Shown piece by piece: positions 54,336 to 64,000 of a DNA stretch of 64,000 nt. Positions within the stretch are counted from its first letter, which is position 1, and every line of letters begins with the position of its first letter. The notes beneath the pieces were generated by a model. That model made no database searches, was not told where the DNA came from, and saw only the letters and a list, made by a program, of their open reading frames with translations. Origin of the DNA: an uncultured Acidimicrobiales bacterium (GTDB lineage: Bacteria > Actinomycetota > Acidimicrobiia > Acidimicrobiales > SZUA-35); the NCBI GenBank assembly GCA_937976305.1, contig CALJSB010000027.1:29368-93367 (forward strand), written 5' to 3'. A program made the translations under genes and the position numbers.

Positions 54336-56816
54336 ATGGCACCCGGTTCCCGGCCCCGGCAAACCGAACTACTCCCCTACGCACGGGAAGTCATCGACGT
54401 CCCCGTCGCCGATGAACTCGGCGAATCGTTTCTTGCGTACTCACTGTCGGTCATCCAGTCACGGGCAATCCCCGACGTGCGTGACGGGCTCAAGCCAGTG
54501 CAGCGCAGGATCATGCACTCGATGAACGAGATGCGACTGAACCCAGACCGACCGCACCGCAAGTGTGCACACGTGGTGGGCGACGTCATGGCCAAGTTTC
54601 ACCCGCACGGCGACAGTGCGATCTACGACGCCCTGGTGCGCCTCGGTCAGGATTTCTCCCGTCCGGTCACCCTTGTCGACCCCCAGGGAAACTTCGGCAG
54701 TCTCGATGACCCTCCAGCGGCCTACCGCTACACCGAGTGCCGCTTGACCGACGCCGCACTCGATCTACTCGCCGAGATCGACGAAGAAACCGTCGAGTGG
54801 CGGCCGACCTACGACGGCGAGACGCTCGAACCCGCCTACCTGCCCGGCCTGCTCCCCAACCTGCTGGTCAACGGCACATCGGGAATTGCCGTGGGCATGG
54901 CCACCAACATGCCGACGCACAACCTCGCCGAGATCTACGAGGCCATCAAAATCGTCATGTCGAAGCGGCGGCCGAAACCAACGATCGACGAGCTCATGGC
55001 CGTTGTCCCGGGGCCCGACTTTCCGACCGGTGCCATGGTCGTCGACGACGACCTTCGCACCGCTTACCAAACTGGACGCGGTACGTTCCGAATCCGGGCC
55101 ACCGCCGAGATCGTCGACGTCACCAAGGCTCGCAAGGGCATCGTCGTCACCGAACTCCCGTATCTCGTAGGTGTCGAGCGTGTGGTGGCCAAAATCAAAG
55201 AGCTCGTCCAGTCAGGCAAGATCACCGGCATCTCCGACGTCAAGAACCTGTCGGACCGAACGAGCGGGCTCCGGCTCATCATCGAGTGCAAGACCGGAAT
55301 CAACCCCGACGTGCTCTTGCAGCACCTCTATAAGTACACGCCGCTCGAAGAGTCCTTCGGCATCAACAACGTGGTGTTGGTCGATGGTGTGCCCACGACG
55401 CTTGGCCTCTACGACCTCTGCTGGCACTACATCGAACATCGACTCGATGTGATCGTGAAGCGTTCCGAGTACCGCCTTCGTCAAGCGCAGGAACGGCTTC
55501 ACAAAGTCGACGGCTACATCATCGCCATCGACAACATCGACCGAGTTGTCGCCATCATCCGCGGCTCATCGGATCGAGCATCGGCCCGAGAGGCCCTGAT
55601 GGCTGAGCTTTCGTTGTCCGAAGTTCAGGCCGAGGCGATTCTCGAACTTCGCCTGGCTCGCCTGACGGCTCTTGCCTACGACGAGTTGGTCGACGAGCGA
55701 ACCACCTTGCTCAACACAATCGCTGATCTCGAGAAAATCCTCGGTTCCGAACAACGCCGCAAGACCATGGTCATTCGGGAGCTGGGCGAGATGGTCGAGA
55801 AGTACGGAACCCCACGGCGCACTCGCATCATTTCCCCCGGACAGATTCCTGCGCTTGAAGAAATCCAAGAGGAGCTCGTCGCTGATCAACCAGACGATCC
55901 GTGCGTCGTCACACTTGCGGCATCTGGTGTCGTGGGCCGTGAGCCACTTGGCAGCTCAAAGTCGTATGCCCCTGGTCGCCACGACGTCATCGAATCGGTG
56001 GTCGTGAGCTCGCTTCGTCGCCCGGTCGGGGCAATCACATCTGGTGGTCGACTACTGCGAGCCAACGCGCTCGACATTCCCGAGGTCGGCGGCCGAAGTC
56101 GCGGCCGCGACGCCTCCGAGGTCTTCTCGGCTGACCGCGGGGAGGAGATCATCGCGCTCGTCGATCTGCACCTCGACGGCGACAATGCTGACGGCGCCAG
56201 CAAGAACGACGACGGGACCGAACTGCTCGTGCTCGTCACCGCACTCGGCATGGTCAAACGGACCGAGCGTTCGGCTCTGGCCGAGCTCAAGAGCGGCCGA
56301 GCGGTCATGAAGCTTGACGATCGAGATCGCCTCGTTGCCGCTCTTGCTGCGCCGGACTCCTCAGATCTGATGCTGATTGCTTCGGATGCACAGACGCTTC
56401 GCACGCCACTCGAGGGTGTGAGCGTTCAGGGTCCCGGGGCGAAAGGCGTCGCCGGCATCAGCCTCAAGGGCAACGCCAGAGTGACCGGCGCAGGCATTGT
56501 CGACCCAGGCCAAGAGCTTTCTGTGGTGTTCACCGTGACCGACCAGGGCACCGCAAAGTCGACCTCAGTGGCGGAGATTCCGAGCAAGGGCCGAGGCACC
56601 GGCGGCGTTCGCATCACCAAGTTCCGAGATGAGACCCGTATCGAATACGCATGGGTTGGCGTGCCCGATCGAATCGTTGCGGTTGTCGGGCAGCAAGATG
56701 CACCGAGCAAGCCGGACAACTCGCCGGAGTCAATCGCCATCAAGCCGACTCGCCGAGATGGTGTCAGTTCTTCAATACCTCGCCGAATCCTTCGCATCGG
56801 CACCCTACGGTGGTGA
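54336..56816 (+). CDS. parC: Type IIA topoisomerase subunit A, most likely topoisomerase IV ParC
   Basis: [45 protein letters not shown] and GPDFPTG; no canonical GyrA box in the C-terminal domain. Confidence 0.88.
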   Translation: MAPGSRPRQTELLPYAREVIDVPVADELGESFLAYSLSVIQSRAIPDVRDGLKPVQRRIMHSMNEMRLNPDRPHRKCAHVVGDVMAKFHPHGDSAIYDALVRLGQDFSRPVTLVDPQGNFGSLDDPPAAYRYTECRLTDAALDLLAEIDEETVEWRPTYDGETLEPAYLPGLLPNLLVNGTSGIAVGMATNMPTHNLAEIYEAIKIVMSKRRPKPTIDELMAVVPGPDFPTGAMVVDDDLRTAYQTGRGTFRIRATAEIVDVTKARKGIVVTELPYLVGVERVVAKIKELVQSGKITGISDVKNLSDRTSGLRLIIECKTGINPDVLLQHLYKYTPLEESFGINNVVLVDGVPTTLGLYDLCWHYIEHRLDVIVKRSEYRLRQAQERLHKVDGYIIAIDNIDRVVAIIRGSSDRASAREALMAELSLSEVQAEAILELRLARLTALAYDELVDERTTLLNTIADLEKILGSEQRRKTMVIRELGEMVEKYGTPRRTRIISPGQIPALEEIQEELVADQPDDPCVVTLAASGVVGREPLGSSKSYAPGRHDVIESVVVSSLRRPVGAITSGGRLLRANALDIPEVGGRSRGRDASEVFSADRGEEIIALVDLHLDGDNADGASKNDDGTELLVLVTALGMVKRTERSALAELKSGRAVMKLDDRDRLVAALAAPDSSDLMLIASDAQTLRTPLEGVSVQGPGAKGVAGISLKGNARVTGAGIVDPGQELSVVFTVTDQGTAKSTSVAEIPSKGRGTGGVRITKFRDETRIEYAWVGVPDRIVAVVGQQDAPSKPDNSPESIAIKPTRRDGVSSSIPRRILRIGTLRW

Positions 56817-56821
56817 GCAAG

Positions 56822-58876
<2,055 letters not shown>

Positions 58877-58943
58877 GCAAAGCTCGGGTGATCTCCGGCG
58901 CAGGCTCCCGAACGGCGGCCGTCGCTGCTGATACGTTCGCCAA

Positions 58944-59138
58944 GTGGACTTGCTGCGCAAATTGATGTTCTGGCGAGACGACTCGGCTGCTTGTGATGTG
59001 GCGGATGTCAAGGTCGAGGCTGTCGACGGCTACTCGGTCGACGGTTGCTTCACGCTTCCGGGTGAGGAGCAACCAGAGCAGCCGGCAGAGGTTCTCGATG
59101 CACAATCCCTAGGTACTGAACGGCCCGAGTCAAGCTGA
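58944..59138 (+). CDS. Putative leaderless small protein (64 aa)
   Basis: Extended -10 TGaTACGTT (58929-58937) exactly 6 nt before the GTG; amphipathic N-terminus MDLLRKLMFWR; overlaps the helD 3' end antisense by 89 nt. Confidence 0.5.
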   Translation: MDLLRKLMFWRDDSAACDVADVKVEAVDGYSVDGCFTLPGEEQPEQPAEVLDAQSLGTERPESS

Positions 59139-61128
59139 CGTACAGATGCCGCAAGCCGTTGGGCAGTGTGGCAATGGCAGCTGGTTCGACCACAATCACG
59201 GCGTCGAACTCAAGGCCCTTGACCTGTTCTGGGCTCACGAGGGCCACCGAACCAGCGCCCGGCAATCCACGTCGCCCAATCCGCTCGTAGGGGATCTGGC
59301 CGTCGGCCATCACCGCCTCGACCTCGTCGAGGTCAGTGTGGACGCCGACGATCGCAACGCTGCTTGTCTTCTCGCGAAGCGCCTCGAGCTCAGCAATCAA
59401 TGCGGAACCGACGTCGCCCGCACCAGCATCGACCACAAGCGGGGCCGCACCACCGGGCCGCACTGAGCGTGCGGGCGTGACTTCGGGCGCAGCTTCCGGG
59501 AGGAGACGGTTCGCCATGTCGAGGATCGCGGCCGGAACCCGATACCCGACGGTGAGCTCGGCCATGCGCACATGCTCGTCGTTCAGACTGTGCCCCATCG
59601 CAGCAAGCGCGAGTTCCCACGAGCCTGGCGCCACCACCGACGTCGCTTGTGCCAAGTCGCCAAGCACCGTCATCGATCCGGATCGGGCTCGTCGGCGCAA
59701 CATGCGAAGCGCCATGGCCGACAGATCTTGTGCCTCATCAACGACAACATGGCCATACGTTGTGGCAACACCAGCAGTGAGAAAGACCGCTTCGTCGAGC
59801 AGTCCCATGTCGGCGTCAGTCCACTGCTCGTCCGCCAGCTTTGATGATGGCTTTCGTCGCAGCAACGACTGCTCATCGCTGCTCAGGAGTCCATCAGCAG
59901 CAGCGGCCAGCCTCTTGGGCGAACCGAGCAGCTCGCGCACGATGACCGCGGCAGACATGGTCGGCCACATCTTGTCGAGATCCTTCTTAAACGTGGCGTC
60001 GGACTGCAGGGCGCGGGTGAACGCGGGCTGCGTGCCGGTGTCGACTCCTGCTCGTTGCCCATGACGGCGCCACGCTTCTCGGATGAGCATCTGGCGGAAC
60101 ACATCTCTGGCGTCGTTGGCTGGCAGCTTTCGGGCCAGCGCAGTTTTCTGAAGTTGTTCGACCTCAGATGCATCCAGCCGCACGACGTTGACGCCAGCCC
60201 GAAGCTCCAGCCCGTCTTTGGGCACCTGCACCCGCGACCGCACGGACTGCTCGATGACGGCTGCCATTCGCACGTCGCCCTTGATCCTTCTGACGATGTC
60301 GTCATCTGACCCTCGCACTCGAAACCGGGCGCCGAGCAGATTCGGCGCGGTCGTCTGGATCACCGATGTCTCACCGAGAGACGGCAGCACTTCTGCGATA
60401 TAGCGCAAGAACACAGTGTTCGGGCCAACCACGAGCACCTGCGTGTCAGCGAGCAATTCTCGGTGCTGAAAGAGCAGATACGCAGCACGATGCAGGCCGA
60501 CCGCTGTCTTGCCGGTTCCCGGGCCACCCTGCACGATGAGAAGCTCATCGAGATCAGCACGAATGATCTCGTCCTGCTCAGCGGCGATCGTCGCAACGAT
60601 GTCGCGCATCTGGCCCGACCTAGCTCGGTCGAGTTCGGCGAGCAGCGGGTCGGGCAGTCCGCCGCCACCGCCACTGTCCGGATCGGTCAAATCCTCATCG
60701 AAGAGGGCAACAACCGTGCGATCGTCGATGCTGTAACGCCGGCGATGAACGAGACCACAGGGGTCGACGGACGTTGCCCGATAAAAGGCGGCAGACACCG
60801 GTGCCCGCCAATCCAGAATCACTGGCTGGCCGTCGGCATCCTCGACGTGCCGACGCCCGACGTACCAGAGATCACCCGCCTTGGCTCCGTACCCCTCTTC
60901 CTCGATGCGACCAAAACACAGCGGCCCCGAACCGACCTGCAGATCTCGCTCTCGCTTCCTCAGGTGCCACTGAGCGATGCGGGCATCAACGGTGTTCTCA
61001 TCGCGCACAGCACGATCTGAAACAGCACGGGCGACTTCGGCTCGCCCCTGCATCGCCTCGAGACATTCGTGAGCCCAGTCAAGCAGCCGTTGCTCGGCCA
61101 GCAGCTGTTCGTCTTCTGGATTCGACAT
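59050..61128 (-). CDS. helD: HelD-like SF1 ATPase (RNA polymerase recycling factor)
   Basis: FGRI, YVGR, DWRAP, MRDIVATIAAEQDEIIR, QGGPGTGKTAVGLHRAAYL, VLPSLGE, VDEAQD, GDLAQ, KGLEFD and YVSLTRA. Confidence 0.88.
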   Translation of the reverse strand: MSNPEDEQLLAEQRLLDWAHECLEAMQGRAEVARAVSDRAVRDENTVDARIAQWHLRKRERDLQVGSGPLCFGRIEEEGYGAKAGDLWYVGRRHVEDADGQPVILDWRAPVSAAFYRATSVDPCGLVHRRRYSIDDRTVVALFDEDLTDPDSGGGGGLPDPLLAELDRARSGQMRDIVATIAAEQDEIIRADLDELLIVQGGPGTGKTAVGLHRAAYLLFQHRELLADTQVLVVGPNTVFLRYIAEVLPSLGETSVIQTTAPNLLGARFRVRGSDDDIVRRIKGDVRMAAVIEQSVRSRVQVPKDGLELRAGVNVVRLDASEVEQLQKTALARKLPANDARDVFRQMLIREAWRRHGQRAGVDTGTQPAFTRALQSDATFKKDLDKMWPTMSAAVIVRELLGSPKRLAAAADGLLSSDEQSLLRRKPSSKLADEQWTDADMGLLDEAVFLTAGVATTYGHVVVDEAQDLSAMALRMLRRRARSGSMTVLGDLAQATSVVAPGSWELALAAMGHSLNDEHVRMAELTVGYRVPAAILDMANRLLPEAAPEVTPARSVRPGGAAPLVVDAGAGDVGSALIAELEALREKTSSVAIVGVHTDLDEVEAVMADGQIPYERIGRRGLPGAGSVALVSPEQVKGLEFDAVIVVEPAAIATLPNGLRHLYVSLTRAVQYLGIVHREPLPAALVAPHPEA

Positions 61129-61191
61129 GGGCCGAGCAATCTAGCTTGGCCAATCCTGTTCGTTCAACGAAAGAGGAGACGAGGGCGGTTG

Positions 61192-62274
61192 TCAGCCCGC
61201 AGGTTGTGCGCGGTCGGCGAGCCCAACTTCGGGTGAGATCGCGCCACCGAGAGTCCGGTACAAGAAGAACAATCCGATGCCCCAGATCGCCGAAGTCAAT
61301 CCGCTGAGCAGTGCGCCAACGACCTGGAGGGCAAGGAACAAGGGGGCATTCGAGGCGCCAAACAGGTCGGCGACGATGATGATCGAGGCCTCAGGGTCGA
61401 CCTGATTGCCGAACGCTCCGCCGATCGGCGCCGTGATGAGACCACCCGTGAGCTGAATGCCGGCGAGGAGAACGACAAGCAGGCCAAGCCGGCCGGTGAT
61501 GCCCCAGAACGCACCGCTCGTAAGCCGCCACGAGCTGGTGAACGAGCCAACACCTCGAGGCGCTACCGCCGCTCCGGTTGACACCAGTGACAGCCGGACA
61601 CCGAGGTAGAGGCCGAGCCCGATCAACAAGAACCCCACCAGCACCGCCAATCCGGCACCACCGATTGATGCCATTGCAGCGACGAGCAGCAGCCCGACGA
61701 CGCCAAACACAATGAACAGGAGGACAAGACCCAAGAAAGCACCAAGCACCCGTGGGAGACGGCGGCCAGCATGGGCCAGCGACTCACCCCAGGGCAGAGG
61801 CGCTCCGGCCTTGGCGTGACCAGCCTGATGCACGATGGCAGCAGCCAAGATGAGCCCGGCCACCGTCGATAGGAGAAACGAGCCGAAGAAGAGGTAGCTG
61901 GTTCGGGCCTCAAAGCCGACGAACTCGATGGTGCCATCCACCCGATCGACATTAAGCACCAGGCCCTCGAGCGCCTGAAAGGTCAACAACCCACTGATCA
62001 GCGCAACGGGGAGAGAAATCACAACGACCAGCGTGAACAGGTGGCCGGCACGTTCCCGAATGATGTCCATCACCGAAGAAAGCCACGTGCCAACCGGTTC
62101 AAGATCAGAGGAAGGAGAGCCTTGCGGACCGGCCTCGGGCTGCAACCTGGCCTGGGTCCATTGCGAACCATCCCACCAGCGATGCTGACCTGGTTGCTCG
62201 GGGTCGGCATACCAGCCCGGCACGGGAAGCGAGTTGCTCTCTCCCAGGGGATCATGATGTGGGTTGTCGCTCAT
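61192..62274 (-). CDS. DUF2510-domain integral membrane protein
   Basis: PGWYADP...HRWWDGSQWT followed by about 6-7 TM helices with SWRLT.G.FW; ATGA overlap with the upstream gene. Confidence 0.82.
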   Translation of the reverse strand: MSDNPHHDPLGESNSLPVPGWYADPEQPGQHRWWDGSQWTQARLQPEAGPQGSPSSDLEPVGTWLSSVMDIIRERAGHLFTLVVVISLPVALISGLLTFQALEGLVLNVDRVDGTIEFVGFEARTSYLFFGSFLLSTVAGLILAAAIVHQAGHAKAGAPLPWGESLAHAGRRLPRVLGAFLGLVLLFIVFGVVGLLLVAAMASIGGAGLAVLVGFLLIGLGLYLGVRLSLVSTGAAVAPRGVGSFTSSWRLTSGAFWGITGRLGLLVVLLAGIQLTGGLITAPIGGAFGNQVDPEASIIIVADLFGASNAPLFLALQVVGALLSGLTSAIWGIGLFFLYRTLGGAISPEVGLADRAQPAG

Positions 62275-63083
62275 GTGTTGTCCCGGGGACGGCGTTCGTC
62301 GAGTTCGACCACCACGGCGGAATGATCCGATGGTACGACGCCTTCGTGGGGCTCCAGACCCGCAAGCCACGCTCGAAGCGGATTGCCGGTGGGTTTTGGT
62401 CGCGGCCACGACGTCATGACGTAGTCGAGTCGACGACGAGGCCATTGGGCATCGGGTGAGTGTTGGTTCTCGCGAGTCCAGGTATGCCCTGGACCATCAC
62501 CAACCGCAGCCCACGCATCGGTGAAGACAACGCCGGGCACATAGGAGGGCGCAAGGCCTGTGAGCCGCCGGATCTCATCGGACTCAGGTACGGAGTTGAA
62601 GTCGCCCCCAAGGACAACAGGAAAAGCGAGGCCCTCGACATCGCCGATGAGCGAATGTGTCCAGTCCATCACTGCCTGCAACTGGCGTTGCCGCGTTTGC
62701 GAACCGTCGTATCGCCAATCGAGGTGAGTGCAGACAGCCCACACGGGCCCCTGCGGACGGTCGATCTGGGCCGCAACAGCGGAACGGTGCCCGGGTGCAC
62801 CATCAGGGCCAGGGAGGATCAGCGTCTCGTGGCTCATGATGGGCCAGCGGCTCAGAATGGCGTTGCCAAACTCGTGGCGCCTGCCATCGGCGCGGTGACT
62901 TCGGGCGACGTGATATCCGAGAGGCTCAGCGAGTAGATCGGCCTGATCATCGTCATCGTCGGACCAGACTTCTTGGAGAAGGGAAAGGTCAGCATCGACT
63001 CGGGCGAGTTCGGTAGCGATTGCCGGTTGGCGCTCTACCCAGGGGCCGAATCGCCACCACAGATTCCAAGTCATCACTCGCAT
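62271..63083 (-). CDS. Endonuclease/exonuclease/phosphatase family protein
   Basis: MTWNL, LQEV, GNAILSRWP, THL, GDFN, RLDYV and SDH. Confidence 0.92.
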   Translation of the reverse strand: MRVMTWNLWWRFGPWVERQPAIATELARVDADLSLLQEVWSDDDDDQADLLAEPLGYHVARSHRADGRRHEFGNAILSRWPIMSHETLILPGPDGAPGHRSAVAAQIDRPQGPVWAVCTHLDWRYDGSQTRQRQLQAVMDWTHSLIGDVEGLAFPVVLGGDFNSVPESDEIRRLTGLAPSYVPGVVFTDAWAAVGDGPGHTWTRENQHSPDAQWPRRRLDYVMTSWPRPKPTGNPLRAWLAGLEPHEGVVPSDHSAVVVELDERRPRDNT

Positions 63084-63211
63084 TATCAGACGCTATCGGA
63101 GGACCTCAGAGCTCAAGCTGTCGCCGAATGAGCGGTGATGGCCACAACGACCGACAAGCGATATTGCGCCTGATGCTCCATCCTTGTGCCGGCTCCTCGT
63201 ACTCTCTGACC

Positions 63212-64000
63212 ATGGCTGGACCAGAAACGACCGAGTCTCAGCCTGAGATGATCACACTGGCCGAGGCAGCTGAGACGCTCGGCGTGCACTACATGACCGC
63301 CTACCGGTACGTGCGACTCGGACGTCTCAAGGCCGAAAAAGTGGGTGTCGAGTGGCGAATTCAGCCTGAGGATCTTGCTGCGTTCTCCACCGACCAACCC
63401 CCGAAGAAGAGGGCGCTGACCGAAGACGAGCTGCTGACGCTTCGCCCGACACTGATTGCGGCTCTGGTCGCTGGCGATGAAGCCAAAGCCTGGGAGGTCG
63501 TCGAGCCACTCCTCGATCAGGCAACCGATACAACCATGCTCCATACCGGCCTGCTCGGCCCGGCAATGGCTGACATCGGCGAAGCTTGGGCAAAGGGCCA
63601 ACTGTCGATCACCGACGAGCACCGAGCGACGGTGGTCGTTCGACGAATCTTGGGCCGGTCCCGGCCCTGGTTCCGTGGTCCGGGCCGTAGGCGAGGCATG
63701 GTGGTGGTTGGCGCTCCTGAATCTGACCACCACGCCCTCCCAACGGCGATGTTCGCGGATCTGGTGCGGGCCAACGGGCCGGATGCGATCGATTTGGGTG
63801 CTCAGACACCGGCATCGACTTTCAGTGAAGTCGTACAACGCAGCTCTGGTGGCCTGGTCGTCGCCGTTGTCGTGACGAACGACCACGCCCTTCGTGAAGC
63901 ACAACAATGTGCCGCTGCAGTTCGAGAAGCTGGTCCGGCTGTACCGGTCGTCGTCGGCGGCTACGCCGTGAAGAGCCGCTCCGAGGCCGAGCTGCTCGGG
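63212..64000 (+). CDS. Second excisionase-type HTH plus cobalamin-binding (CarH-like) regulator (partial, runs off the window end)
   Basis: Not in the ORF track. Manual translation gives LAEAAETLGVHYMTAYRYVRLGRL...WAKGQLSITDEH...ESDHHALP...DLGAQTP...VVGG. Confidence 0.87.
   Translation, partial: MAGPETTESQPEMITLAEAAETLGVHYMTAYRYVRLGRLKAEKVGVEWRIQPEDLAAFSTDQPPKKRALTEDELLTLRPTLIAALVAGDEAKAWEVVEPLLDQATDTTMLHTGLLGPAMADIGEAWAKGQLSITDEHRATVVVRRILGRSRPWFRGPGRRRGMVVVGAPESDHHALPTAMFADLVRANGPDAIDLGAQTPASTFSEVVQRSSGGLVVAVVVTNDHALREAQQCAAAVREAGPAVPVVVGGYAVKSRSEAELLG

Noticed and set aside
61129-61191. Rifamycin-associated element upstream of helD (HelR)
   Set aside because: Only a short GCCGAGC/GCTTGGC dyad is present, which does not match the 19-bp RAE as I recall it.

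Overview
This is a GC-rich (about 65% by eye), densely coding bacterial window. Its gene content (DUF3097, DUF2510, MptB-type mannosyltransferase, mycoredoxin-like redoxin, HelD, many leaderless starts) points to Actinomycetota, most plausibly Acidimicrobiia (inference). Left to right it holds: a modABC operon with a divergent PadR gene; a thiolase plus an HMGS-like/OB-fold fusion; a MacAB-like exporter with two duplicated lipoproteins and a two-component system; a dipeptidase/hypothetical/DUF3726 operon; a stand-alone class III nucleotide cyclase next to a double cNMP-binding patatin; nfuA; two GT-C glycosyltransferases, one fused to a GT2 domain; a compact type VII secretion-like locus (three WXG100-like genes, a DUF4214 protein and an EccC-like FtsK ATPase); assorted metabolic genes; a GGDEF-EAL protein; a membrane-anchored HEPN protein; topoisomerase IV genes in A-then-B order; helD; and two CarH-like B12-binding regulators. 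Six copies of a 48-bp palindromic intergenic repeat occur. I found no rRNA, tRNA, CRISPR array, integrase or transposase. The best candidates for an undescribed system are the minimal T7SS-like locus (29976-37569) and the cyclase/cNMP-patatin pair (19571-22300). All calls come from reading motifs by eye; no searches were run.
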